Notes under the pieces: model-generated | Seen by the model: the letters and a program-made list of their open reading frames with translations, nothing else | What the model was told of the DNA's origin: nothing | The model's database searches: none | In this document: positions 49,855 to 60,084 of the stretch, piece after piece | How positions within the stretch are numbered: the first letter of the stretch is position 1 | Layout of the letters: the number at the start of each line of letters is the position of its first letter | NCBI GenBank assembly: GCA_049515895.1 | Contig: JBEKTQ010000002.1 | Location: 64,001-128,000, forward strand | Length of the DNA: 64,000 nucleotides | Direction: 5' to 3' | From: Candidatus Bathyarchaeia archaeon | GTDB taxonomy: Archaea; Thermoproteota; Bathyarchaeia; Bathyarchaeales; Bathycorpusculaceae | Translations under genes and position numbers: made by a program

Positions 49855-50541
49855 CTATAACTGGGCTTGGATTTGGTTGTCCTGTTGAGGCTTCTTTTCT
49901 CTCAGCAGGGGCAACACGAATTCTATGATTGCAATCAATATGATAATGATAATGATCGCGGGCAGACCCCAATGGTTATCGTGGACAAAGATTGTTACCC
50001 ACCCAAACCATGGAATGCGCATAACCACCTTGCCAACCACCATGCTTGCTGGAACTCCCGGCGGATTATTGCCGTCCCACTCGTCAAAGCCCGACTGCGG
50101 CTTCTGCGGCCATGGATTCCCGTTGCCGTCACCTTTAGTGATGAAATAAATGGTGCCGTTGACTGTTTCGGAGCTGACGATGCGGTGCACAATCAATGTG
50201 CCTGGGTCGCCTGGTTCATGAAATACTATTATGTTGCTGTAGGGGTAGTTCGTGTTCAGATCCTTGGGGTTAACTCCTTGGACGATTATGATGTCGCCCA
50301 CACTTAGGGTTCGGTCAAACGGTGTGGCTAAATTTAGCCAGAAGTTGTAGTCGGCCGCGTCGTAAGGAACGCTCATGCTGCCGCTTACGACGGTCAACGC
50401 TGGATCAGGCGTATTCAATGCTGCCCGCAACCCAAAGAATAGGCCGAAAACCACAGCGACAACCAAAATGACGGCAACCACAGTTTTGAAATACTCGTTT
50501 TTCCAAACTTTTCTTGCAGTCGTCAAGTGGTTACCTCTCAA
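49855..50541 (-). CDS. Signal peptidase I (Sec11/SipW type)
   Basis: VVSGSM, GDII, IVHRI, TKGD.N, VVGKV...IPW.G. Confidence 0.88.
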   Translation of the reverse strand: MRGNHLTTARKVWKNEYFKTVVAVILVVAVVFGLFFGLRAALNTPDPALTVVSGSMSVPYDAADYNFWLNLATPFDRTLSVGDIIIVQGVNPKDLNTNYPYSNIIVFHEPGDPGTLIVHRIVSSETVNGTIYFITKGDGNGNPWPQKPQSGFDEWDGNNPPGVPASMVVGKVVMRIPWFGWVTIFVHDNHWGLPAIIIIIILIAIIEFVLPLLREKKPQQDNQIQAQL

Positions 50542-50725
50542 ATTGAACTTTTAGTACAAATATACGCAAAAGGTCACGGTTAAGCATTACGGAAAAATAA
50601 TGAGAAAGTGGAAATCTTTTAAAGTCGCGGTTTTTGGATGGAAAAACATCTTATCTTGCGGAAACAGTTTTCCAGCTTTGAAAATTCGGAATTTATGGAA
50701 GCTGCAAAAATAGATTGTGCGAGTT

Positions 50726-51028
50726 TTAGTCTTTTTTGTGCTGCTTGACTATGTAGATTTCTTTGTTTCTGACTCTGAGTGCAACATTGAATTTTCTGGT
50801 AGGCAATTTGTTGTATGATTTAACTCTGAATGAGAATGGTGCGTATAATGATCTTACTGTTTTGCCCTCGACCTCGACTTTGAACATTTCCTCGGGACTT
50901 TCAATGATTTGCTTGAAAACGGCGTCGTACTCTGGAATCTTTACTCGCTTTCTACCTTCAGGTATTTCCTTTACTGGAGTAGCTTTTGCGAGTATTTTTT
51001 TGTGGATAATTTTTTCTGGATTAGACAT
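50726..51028 (-). CDS. Small basic hypothetical protein
   Basis: About 100-aa Lys-rich ORF; start moved to ATG 51028. Confidence 0.6.
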   Translation of the reverse strand: MSNPEKIIHKKILAKATPVKEIPEGRKRVKIPEYDAVFKQIIESPEEMFKVEVEGKTVRSLYAPFSFRVKSYNKLPTRKFNVALRVRNKEIYIVKQHKKD

Positions 51029-51036
51029 TTGTTTCA

Positions 51037-51140
51037 CACTAAGTAACATTGTAAAACACACTATATAACACTATAGCACTAATGACACTAAAATAACACT
51101 GGTTTAGGTCAAATTATAATGACTAATAACATTATCACTA
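51037..51140. repeat. Array of CACTA pentamers
   Basis: CACTA at 51037, 51059, 51069, 51077, 51086, 51136 and CACTG at 51097. Confidence 0.6.
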
Positions 51141-51278
51141 TAATGGTCCAGATGGGCGGAAATTCCATCAAGCCTTTTCTCAAAAACAGCTCTCTATCTT
51201 CGAACCCAACGCTGCAATCTCTCCAATCGCGAAATTAACTCAGAATTTCTTTTTAGTTTTGGGTGGTTCAACTTCATT

Positions 51279-51920
51279 TTACAAAATGAGTTGGTTTTGC
51301 AGGACGTTGAGAGTCGCGGTTTTTCCAAGACGCACTTGTCGTTCACCCTTAAAAGTGGAAACTGAAGCGTTCTTGATCTGAACCGTATCACCGACTGCAA
51401 GATTGTCTGCTTGTTCATTCCACAGGCAAAGCTTAATTTTTCCAGTTTCGTCAGCTATCAACGCATTGGTCACTCTGGCGCTGTTTCCGTAACGCGTTTG
51501 AACTATTGAGGGCTTTTGAGTTTCAAGAACTTTAGCTTCTAGGTTTACTTTTTTCATTCCATGTCGGAGGTTTTGAACCATCATGGATAATTTGGGTTGT
51601 GTATTTTGTTTGTTCATCTGTCGACGAATCTTGTCGGTGTCCATCCAACTTTCGAAACAGATATCTTTTCTAAGAAGAATTTCCTCAGCAAGCCTAAACT
51701 GAACAATGACTTTGATATTTTTGGTAATTAAAAATATGGCTTCACCTTTTATTTTGCCCCGATATTCAATCGTTAAATTTTGAAGAGTGGCTTTTCCTTT
51801 TTCTTGAGCTTCAACCATGGCGTGATGAAGTTCGGGCAGGTAGACACCTTCTTTTACGGAAAGAAATGCGAGATACTCCATTATCGTTGTCTTTTTTTGA
51901 TTCAAATACCTAAACCTCAT
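51279..51920 (-). CDS. OB-fold SSB/RPA-like protein with extra N-terminal domain
   Basis: C-terminal L..GM..VN..AKV, IADETG.I.L.LW, GD.VQI.N..V..FKGE. Confidence 0.8.
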   Translation of the reverse strand: MRFRYLNQKKTTIMEYLAFLSVKEGVYLPELHHAMVEAQEKGKATLQNLTIEYRGKIKGEAIFLITKNIKVIVQFRLAEEILLRKDICFESWMDTDKIRRQMNKQNTQPKLSMMVQNLRHGMKKVNLEAKVLETQKPSIVQTRYGNSARVTNALIADETGKIKLCLWNEQADNLAVGDTVQIKNASVSTFKGERQVRLGKTATLNVLQNQLIL

Positions 51921-52190
51921 GATTGTGTTTTTGCCAGAAACTATACTGAAATCAAGTTCGGCGCAGGGTTTATCCTTCTTAATAATCCCTACAATTATGT
52001 GTAATGTACAGCTTAGTATATAGGCTAGTTACCTGAAAATGATTCTTTCCATGCAATTTCCATTTTTAGAATCCCTTGGACATTCCCGGGTCCAATTGCA
52101 TGAAAACATCCATTGAAATGGCCCAGCCAATTCGAGCATGTTTTTATGTGATACTTCATTTAGGCTGCAGTACGACTCGGAGGAACCTTC

Positions 52191-52565
52191 ATGAAAAGTA
52201 TTGCATTAGTCGCGCATGACAATAAGAAAAAGGATATTGTTGAATGGTGCGATTTCAACAAAGGAACGTTGTCCCAGCATTGTCTTTATGCGACTGGAAC
52301 AACTGGTCAGCAGATAATTGACAAAACCGGATTGCGGATAACTCTTCTGAAAAGTGGACCTTACGGCGGAGACATGGAGCTTGGAGCTTTGATTGCCAAT
52401 AACAAACTAGATATTTTGATATTCTTTTGGGACCCTTTGGAGTCGCAACCTCATGACGTAGACGTTAAAGCTGTTCTCAGATTGGCTGTGCTCTACAATA
52501 TTCCAACCGCCTGCAACAGAGCGACAGCCAACATGATTATTTCCAGCCCCATGTTCAATAATTAG
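52191..52565 (+). CDS. mgsA: Methylglyoxal synthase
   Basis: IALVAHD.KK, ATGTTG, SGP.GGD, FFWDP...PHDVDVKA, A.NRATA; GGAGG SD. Confidence 0.95.
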   Translation: MKSIALVAHDNKKKDIVEWCDFNKGTLSQHCLYATGTTGQQIIDKTGLRITLLKSGPYGGDMELGALIANNKLDILIFFWDPLESQPHDVDVKAVLRLAVLYNIPTACNRATANMIISSPMFNN

Positions 52566-52683
52566 CCTGCCACGATTCTCAAGCAAGAATCACTTTTCCT
52601 TATGAACATAGACGATGCAAATAAGAAAAAGAGGGCAAACTCCTATATGTTAGACAGCAAGCATTGGATAGCAGCGATCAAAT

Positions 52684-52866
52684 ATGAACCCTGAAAACTA
52701 CAAAACAAAAAGGAAAGGACAACCCAAAGCAAGAAACTCTGCGGGTCGAGCCAAAAAACGCGCCACGATCAAACCATGGACACCAGCCGCTACTCCAAAA
52801 CTACGAGAAATCTACGCTACTAAAACTGAATGGGCAACCAAGATTATGCCTAAGCCAAAAGAGTAG
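52684..52866 (+). CDS. Small basic hypothetical protein, doubtful
   Basis: 60-aa K/R-rich ORF, no motif. Confidence 0.3.
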   Translation: MNPENYKTKRKGQPKARNSAGRAKKRATIKPWTPAATPKLREIYATKTEWATKIMPKPKE

Positions 52867-52976
52867 ATTTTGCCGGAAAACCAAATCGAAAGTTAGTTTT
52901 TAAATTTCTAATAAGATTAGAAATTAAAAGCAATTTTTATATTAAATTCTTCAAGAATAAGTGAGTAGGGATATTG

Positions 52977-53003
52977 TGGTGGGCCGAGCCGAACTTGAAT
53001 CCA
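52977..53003 (-). repeat. Degenerate tRNA 3'-end fragment (att-like), copy 1
   Basis: Minus strand reads TGGATTCAAGTTCGGCTCGGCCCACCA (T-loop-like, acceptor strand, CCA); 24/26 identical to 58729-58754. Confidence 0.65.
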
Positions 53004-53250
53004 GAGGTTCAAGTCACAATAATTCTGGCAACGGTATTTCATAGAAAGCCAATCGATTTTCTAAAAAGTATGTTTGCTGGGACTCGAATCCCACGGGGCG
53101 AGTATGTTCCATAACTGAGAATGCAGTTCTGGGTCCGACTCAAACACTCAGTAACGCACCAAATATATACTGACACTACCCATAGCCTAGTCACCATGCA
53201 GATGAGAAAAAGGAACGAATGTTCTCTCTCGGCAAGTTATTGGCGGCACG

Positions 53251-56178
53251 TTGAGGCAACAAGAATTGAAAAAAATTAGAGGAAAAAAATTTACTACTAT
53301 TTTCCTCCTTGCTTTGCTTTGTTTCTCAATGGTTGCCGGGTTGTTTAAGGTTTCGTTAATTTTTATTCCTGAAGTTCATGCTACTGGCGGTGATTCTTCG
53401 CTGATAGGGAGCCTGGAAACAATCGTCAACTCAGTCGATTACGCCAATGACATAGATGACGTATATCAAGGAATGATTGTTGGGGAATCTTCAATGCAAC
53501 AATTGATAAATGCATACAATGCATTGACGACTGCAACGCTTGTTTTTCAGTGGACGCCTATACTCTCAAAACTTGGGTATGTTAATCAAACAACAATAGA
53601 ATGGGCGTTAGACAACCAACAAATGATGAGCGACGGATTACCATACACCTACTTGAACGGTTCAAAAGAAGCATTCCTCGTTTACGACAGATATATGATC
53701 CTCGCGTACGGCTATGCCATTCAATACAACTATGACTTAGCTAAGTGGAATTTGACGCAGGCATATGACAGCTTTAAAGCAGCTGTAGTTGCCAGCACGC
53801 ATCCCGCGCTTTTATGGATGGACCAAGATGGAACGCCCTATACAATATCTTATGGACCCAGATATTACGATGAATGCGGAGAGACAATTGACTGTTTCTT
53901 AGATTTCTATAACTTGGGGATAACAGCGGCGCTAAATGATTCATTATCTACTTGGCTTTGGGCAAACAACAACCTTTGGTCTGGAACAAATTACAATTAT
54001 GGTTTAAATTGGGCTGGTTACGAATGTGAAGCAGGAGGTTTCTTGCAAATCGCATTGAAACTATGGCACGCTGATAGTTTATTGCCCGACACTCAAAACT
54101 TGATAGCGGATCTAGAAAACAGGTTCCTTCAAGAGCAATTCTCTAGTCCACAATGGTTGAGCGGGGTAGTTTGCCACATGGCAGTATCTAATCCAGAACT
54201 TAGGCTTGAAAACACGGTTATGGCTTGGGCAGCGATCCTTGGAAGCTATGGAGAATTAAGCAGCACATACCAAACTGACGTACAAGACATGCTAACAGGG
54301 GCAGGAGGAACGACAACTCCAGCATGGTTAGGGCTTTTGCAAAGCTCTCTATGCGGTTCTGATTTTCCATATTTCTTAGAGCATTCAGATGATTCTGGAA
54401 CAAGTAACTACGCTACTGCTACGGGAGCCGATTTACTGTTCATGCTTGGAATTGTTCCTCAGACCGCATCTCTGGCTGTTCCGATAGAAGAGAATTCATA
54501 CGAATACATCTACAATATACTCGATCCTGAACTTTGCAATATAAACCTGAACACTAATGTTGTCACAGTATCTTTGGCTGCAGCGGGAACTTTGAACTTT
54601 CAATTCAATCAGACAGTGACTGGCAGTTTCGGTTCGCCTGGCATTTACGCTGTGCAATTCTCGTCTGATTGGAACAATTTGTTGAATATTACTTTCATAT
54701 CTGGACTGCCGTCAAACAGGCAATACATGTACACGTCACCACTTTCTTATTACATTAATTCTTCTGCTGATGCTAACGGCCTGATAAGTCCGAGCGGATC
54801 AGTAGTTGTCAATTATGGCAGCGATCAAGTCTTTACTATTGCCCCTAACGCGAACTATCACGTCGCCGATGTCGTGGTGGACGGCATCTCTGTTGGCGCG
54901 TTAACCTCGTATGTTTTCGCGAATGTTACTAGTCCTCACACAATATCAGCCAGCTTCGCGATTAACTCCTACACGATAAGTGTTACTCAGGGTGCTGACG
55001 GCCAGATCGCACCTGGAACAACCAATGTTAACTATGGTAATAGTCAAATCTTCACTATTACTCCTGCCGCTGGCTACTCTATTGCCTCTTTAATGGTCGA
55101 TGGTTCACCAGTGACGGTTGCATCATCGTATACATTCAGCAATGTCCAAGCTGCTCACTCGATCACTGCGACTTTTGCGACTAACACTTACGGTGTCACT
55201 GTTAACGTGGGCACTCACGGTTCATCAAATCTTGCTTCTCAGACAGCTGATTGGAACACGGCACTGAACTTTGTCTTTACTCCTGATTTGGGCTACAGTG
55301 TTGCCGACGTCGTAGTTAACGGGTACATTGATGAAGGCGCGGTTGCTTCTTTGAGTTTGACGATTACTGGTTCAACTATTGTCTCTGTGACGTTCGCGAT
55401 TAACACCTATTCAGTCACTGTTGCTCAGAGTACTGATGGCCAGATTGCCCCTCTAACAAGTGTTGTTACCTATGGCGCTACTCCAAGCTTCACTATTACG
55501 CCAAACGCCGGTTACCACATTGCGAGCATAACTGCTAATGATGCGTTAGTGAATGTTACTTCGCCTACGGGTCAAACTTACCAATTTAATTCGATATCGA
55601 CTGATAGTTCATTGACCGCGACTTTCGCGATTAACACGTACGCAATTACTGTTACTCAGACTGCTAACGGTGTTATTTCTCCCAATACGGTCACTGCTAA
55701 CCACGGCATCACTCAAAGCTTCCAAATTACTCCCGCCACTGGCCACCATATCACCAGCGTAACCGTTGATGGTTCTCCAGTGGCTGTTACATCATCTTCG
55801 GGTCAAACCTTTAGCTTCACCAACATTCAGGCAAACCACACAATCACTGCGACTTTCGCGATTGACTCCTTCAATATTACTTCTTCTGCTGGAGCTGGCG
55901 GCTCTATCGGCCCAAGTGAATCTATTAGCGTTAACTATGGTGACAATCAAACTTTCGCCATAACTCCCAATACTGGTTATTACATAGTTGAGGTTAGGGT
56001 GAATGGAAGTTCAGTTGGCGCGGTTAGCTCATACACGTTCAACAATGTTCAAACTGCATACACCATCTCGGCAACGTTTGCACTATCACCAACAATCTAT
56101 TGGATAGCGGTTGCCATAGTCATCGGGGCAATCGCAGCAGTTGTACTCTATTGGTCAAGAAAATTTGACTGCGCTTAG
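53251..56178 (+). CDS. Large surface protein: helical N-terminal domain, tandem InlB-B-like beta repeats, TM anchor
   Basis: Signal peptide; about 6 repeats of G.I.P....V.YG..Q.F.ITP..GY.I..V.VDG...Y.F.NV...H.I.A.F; C-terminal TM. Confidence 0.85.
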   Translation: MRQQELKKIRGKKFTTIFLLALLCFSMVAGLFKVSLIFIPEVHATGGDSSLIGSLETIVNSVDYANDIDDVYQGMIVGESSMQQLINAYNALTTATLVFQWTPILSKLGYVNQTTIEWALDNQQMMSDGLPYTYLNGSKEAFLVYDRYMILAYGYAIQYNYDLAKWNLTQAYDSFKAAVVASTHPALLWMDQDGTPYTISYGPRYYDECGETIDCFLDFYNLGITAALNDSLSTWLWANNNLWSGTNYNYGLNWAGYECEAGGFLQIALKLWHADSLLPDTQNLIADLENRFLQEQFSSPQWLSGVVCHMAVSNPELRLENTVMAWAAILGSYGELSSTYQTDVQDMLTGAGGTTTPAWLGLLQSSLCGSDFPYFLEHSDDSGTSNYATATGADLLFMLGIVPQTASLAVPIEENSYEYIYNILDPELCNINLNTNVVTVSLAAAGTLNFQFNQTVTGSFGSPGIYAVQFSSDWNNLLNITFISGLPSNRQYMYTSPLSYYINSSADANGLISPSGSVVVNYGSDQVFTIAPNANYHVADVVVDGISVGALTSYVFANVTSPHTISASFAINSYTISVTQGADGQIAPGTTNVNYGNSQIFTITPAAGYSIASLMVDGSPVTVASSYTFSNVQAAHSITATFATNTYGVTVNVGTHGSSNLASQTADWNTALNFVFTPDLGYSVADVVVNGYIDEGAVASLSLTITGSTIVSVTFAINTYSVTVAQSTDGQIAPLTSVVTYGATPSFTITPNAGYHIASITANDALVNVTSPTGQTYQFNSISTDSSLTATFAINTYAITVTQTANGVISPNTVTANHGITQSFQITPATGHHITSVTVDGSPVAVTSSSGQTFSFTNIQANHTITATFAIDSFNITSSAGAGGSIGPSESISVNYGDNQTFAITPNTGYYIVEVRVNGSSVGAVSSYTFNNVQTAYTISATFALSPTIYWIAVAIVIGAIAAVVLYWSRKFDCA

Positions 56179-56232
56179 TCAAGAAACCTTAACGAGAAGC
56201 CTTTTATCACTAACGGTTTATCAATACTTAAT

Positions 56233-58605
56233 ATGACTGGCGTAGGCAAAAGTTTCTCATTAATCCTGATTCTAATAATAACTTTCTCAACTCTAATAAC
56301 GATTGATTATGCACCCGCCGGCATGGCTCAAAGTGGCACAAGCGTAGGTGGCGTAATCAGTTCAGATACTACTTGGGCGCAAGCTACCAGTCCGTACAAT
56401 CTCACATCGCCTGTAATAGTGAGCAATGGGGCAACCTTAACCATCGATGCCGGTGTAACCGTGAACCTTAATGGTTATAATATACAAGTAAACGGAATTC
56501 TTAACGCACGGGGCAGCAGCAACAATAACATAGTCTTTAGTTCATCTGGTAGTGGAAGTATTGTCTTCACGGCAAGTAGCACAAGCTGGAATGAACAAGC
56601 AGCTAGTGGCTGCATAATTGAAAACTCTATTCTAAATCTCGTCTCGATAACCACCAGCAGTACTTCTCCAAAAATTAACAATAACACAATTACGTATTCT
56701 TACAACTCTGGTGGAATTGCAATTTCAGCAACCAGTGGCTCACCCATAATTTCAAACAATAGTGTTACCGGGGATATTGAAAGCATAAATGATGCTTCTC
56801 CGACAATAATCAACAATTTTGTTGTCGGTGGAATATGGGGTACTGGGTTGCTTGAAAGCACACCTGTAATTATGAATAATACTGTAAAAGGCGGAGCAAC
56901 TATAAGCTATTATTTGGGTACTGGAATCAGAGCTGACGGAAGCAATGTGTACATAGCCGGCAACACCGTCTTTGATTGTGCTACCGGCATTAACGTGTAT
57001 GATGGCACGTCAGTAATTGAAGGAAATTTGGTTATTGACAACGCAAAAGGAATAATTTTAACAGGGCCCATGTCAGCAGTATCAACAACAATTCAACATA
57101 ATTCAATCGTTTACAATACTGTTGGACTTAGTAGTTCTGGTAATCTTGGCTCTGTAACCATCTCATACAACAACATCCTAAACAACTCGCAATATAGCAT
57201 AGGTGTAAATGTCGCCTCTAATTGGTGGGGAACGACTGACCAGCAAGCAATCGCCCAGATACTTTCTGGTTCAGGTAATTTTGTGCCTTTCTTGAATGCA
57301 CCTGACCCGGGGGCTCCAGCGATTCCTAGTCAAAATCCAGCACCCGCTCCAACTCCAACGCCGAGTCCAACATCAAGTCCTTATCCAACACCTACTCTTT
57401 CACCAACTGCAACACCAACACCAACACCAACGCCAACCCCAATATCTACGCCAACTCCAACACCAACATCGGCACCACAAATCTTCACTCAAGCCTCCCT
57501 TAATGTTATGCCTAACCCTGTAGGTGTCGGTCAGATAGTTACCATTACTTTTGGGCTTAACCAATTGCCACCAACTGGATTTTTGTGGAATAACATAACG
57601 ATTAGAATTACGTATCCGGATGGAACTTCTGTAAGATTAGGACCATTTACCACGGGGGCAAATGGGCAAACATCAACGTTATTCACGCCTACCCAAGTTG
57701 GCAATTTCACTCTTCAGGCGCTCTTTCCAGGCCAAACTATTGCAGGCGCATATTATGAACCCTCCAACAGCAATGCATTTGCTCTCGAAGTGCAACAACA
57801 ACCACAACAGAGTCCTACCCCTTCACCGGTTCCTACGACAACCCCGATTCCGACACCAACGCCCTCACCTACAGCATCTCCAACTCCCGTGCCAACGCCG
57901 CCAGTGCCGACCTTATCATTCTATTGCATAAGTTCCACGACAACTTCTGGGTTTACCGTTCAAATTCAGGGATCATTGACACATAATGGAATAGGCTTAT
58001 CTGGTGATGGAATACAACTTTCAGACAGTGTCACGGGCGGAGTCACTTGGCAAGACTTAACTTATGTTAACACGGATGATAATGGAAGTTTCTCTGTTTC
58101 ATGGTATCCCTCTGCCTCAGGTAATTACGCTATTAAAGCTATATGGTCAGGCGACAACAACTATTCAAGTGCAAGTGCGACATACAATTTTGCAATTGCA
58201 CCGTTCAATAATCAAAATCAAAATGTTTTTTCTGTTACTTCAAATTCGACGCTTACGAGCTTAACGTTTGACTCAGCAACAAACGAGTTAAGCTTCGGCG
58301 TCTCTGGATCTTCAGGAACGACAGGGTTTACAGAAGTTTGCATTCCACGATCACTTGTCACTGATATTTCAAAGCTCAACGTCATGTTAGACGGCACTAC
58401 AGTCAGTTATGATTCCGTATCGAAGGGTAACGTTTGGATAATAACTTTTACTTATCACCACAGCAGCCACACAATAGTCATAGCACTTGAATCGTCCTCT
58501 GTCCCAGAATTTCCATCATCAGCAATATTGTCGCTGTTCATTGTAGCAGCAGTGTCCATTACAGCTGCGCTTGCGCTTAGAAAACGAAAAAAAGAGGAAA
58601 GCTAA
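56233..58605 (+). CDS. Surface glycoprotein: beta-helix, PT linkers, Ig-like domains, PEF-CTERM
   Basis: GG.ISSDTTW...SPY, N-rich beta-helix, two Pro/Thr tracts, VPEFP plus TM plus RKRKK. Confidence 0.88.
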   Translation: MTGVGKSFSLILILIITFSTLITIDYAPAGMAQSGTSVGGVISSDTTWAQATSPYNLTSPVIVSNGATLTIDAGVTVNLNGYNIQVNGILNARGSSNNNIVFSSSGSGSIVFTASSTSWNEQAASGCIIENSILNLVSITTSSTSPKINNNTITYSYNSGGIAISATSGSPIISNNSVTGDIESINDASPTIINNFVVGGIWGTGLLESTPVIMNNTVKGGATISYYLGTGIRADGSNVYIAGNTVFDCATGINVYDGTSVIEGNLVIDNAKGIILTGPMSAVSTTIQHNSIVYNTVGLSSSGNLGSVTISYNNILNNSQYSIGVNVASNWWGTTDQQAIAQILSGSGNFVPFLNAPDPGAPAIPSQNPAPAPTPTPSPTSSPYPTPTLSPTATPTPTPTPTPISTPTPTPTSAPQIFTQASLNVMPNPVGVGQIVTITFGLNQLPPTGFLWNNITIRITYPDGTSVRLGPFTTGANGQTSTLFTPTQVGNFTLQALFPGQTIAGAYYEPSNSNAFALEVQQQPQQSPTPSPVPTTTPIPTPTPSPTASPTPVPTPPVPTLSFYCISSTTTSGFTVQIQGSLTHNGIGLSGDGIQLSDSVTGGVTWQDLTYVNTDDNGSFSVSWYPSASGNYAIKAIWSGDNNYSSASATYNFAIAPFNNQNQNVFSVTSNSTLTSLTFDSATNELSFGVSGSSGTTGFTEVCIPRSLVTDISKLNVMLDGTTVSYDSVSKGNVWIITFTYHHSSHTIVIALESSSVPEFPSSAILSLFIVAAVSITAALALRKRKKEES

Positions 58606-58728
58606 CATAAGTGAAGAACCACTTTTGTGTTGTCGTACGGTTTCAAAGAATAAAGTAAAGTCGATTCAAAAAGTAGAGCACTCCTCTCCTGGGGAAAAGA
58701 CGCTAAAATAAACAGATTTTGGAATTAA

Positions 58729-58754
58729 GGTGGGCCGAACCGAACTTGAACCCA
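58729..58754 (-). repeat. Degenerate tRNA 3'-end fragment (att-like), copy 2
   Basis: Minus strand reads TGGGTTCAAGTTCGGTTCGGCCCACC. Confidence 0.65.
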
Positions 58755-58964
58755 AACCAGGTAGAGCGAAAACACTCATGGCCATTACACAGTTTTGTGT
58801 AATTTTGGGGGGAGGCCTCGGGTCTTGGCGTTCGCTAACCGGGCTTATTTTGAGTTCTAAACCGTCTTAGCTGACAGAAAAATGACGCAGGCAAATTCTT
58901 CTTCTTGCAAATCATTGCACAAGTGCTTATAAACGTCCGTTGAGATGATGCCCTTCTCCGCCGT

Positions 58965-60084
58965 CTAAAACCTGTTGTATACCCTCTTGAAGCAGAGCAT
59001 AATGCTAATCACCTTAGTGGAAAACGGAATGGGTCCTAGACATCTGAAGCCAAGCTCCAACTCATTTGGAGCCAAATTCCCATAGAGACCCATACTAGAC
59101 AAGGTTCGGGTCCGGTGGGGCTCGTAGAAATATGAGCGAAAAGGTACTAATTTTATGGGTCGTTTCATAACCTCTCTTTTGATTAGTTCCTTCAGTTCGT
59201 GGCCTAGTAGTGTTAGCTGATGGTTCTCTGTTTGTTCATGGGTTTCTGTTATGTTGCCTCTTATTAATGCGTCTCTGCTTAAGATTTCCTCTGGGTTTTC
59301 TCCCCAGGCGCGTATGATTTCTTTGAGTTGTTCGATGCGGTTTAGTTGTGTTTTGGGTCGGATTGCAAGTCCAGCTGTTACATATAGGCTACGCAGTTTG
59401 TCTACTCCTAGACTCTGCACGTCCTCGTAGGTGCCGATGGTGTGGCCCATCCTATAAAGGATGTTTTCTGTATCGATTTTTGCGGTGCTAAGTTGGCTTC
59501 TGAAGAATTTCCTAAGACTATGAGTTCTGACGCTGTACATCCAGCTGGCGGGGGAGTTTCTTGGCGATTTTAGCGTTAACAGCTAAGTCATGGACGATTT
59601 TTCTAATGGTTTTCTCGCTAACGCCCAATATCTTATTGGTTATGTGCTCGTTTCTGATCAGCGGTGATTCGACGGTTAATTCTTCTGGAGGCATAGATCT
59701 ACCTCCTCTGCGTCGATCCTCCAAATAGAGTTTTAGCAGTTGGCACGCCTCAGCGTTTATGAAGGTGTCATAGTCATGGTATTTGCCCTTGGTTATGGCT
59801 GCTTCAACATGAATGTGGATAGGTACTCGTCCGGCTTCTAGATCTTCTTTTACGTGTCGGTACTTGAGTTTTGCAAAGGTTCCCTCTATGAAACCGCCTG
59901 TCGTTATGGCTGAGACAATGAAGGCTTCTCTGAATGCAGCTTTATCCAGCATGGTCGCGACTTCTTCTGGTTTAGGAGCTCTGTCTTTGAAGGCTGCTTT
60001 TCGGCTAAGTGGCTCGTTAAGTTCGACTTTTTTTACTCCGTTAGCTCGGTAGAAGGTTTTAACGGTTTTTATGCAGCGCTTCAT
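58965..60084 (-). pseudogene. Tyrosine recombinase/integrase remnant
   Basis: Two ORFs (59518-60084, 58965-59540) joined by a frameshift; box I GGFIEGT (Arg lost), TKGK, HSLRKFF, MGH...Y; N-terminal domain truncated; true 3' end probably nearer 59160. Confidence 0.85.

Noticed and set aside
50585-50705. Clustered GGAAA motifs
   Set aside because: Irregular spacing in AT-rich DNA; cannot be told from composition bias by eye.
52977-53110. Functional tRNA gene
   Set aside because: Only a mismatched 3' fragment; no 5' half or anticodon arm can be folded.
57340-57480. CCAACA repeats as a CRISPR array or VNTR element
   Set aside because: They encode an in-frame Pro/Thr linker; no spacers and no cas genes.
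59101-59125. Third att-like tRNA fragment (GGTTCGGGTCCGGTGGGGCTCG)
   Set aside because: Too degenerate and ambiguous in orientation to support.
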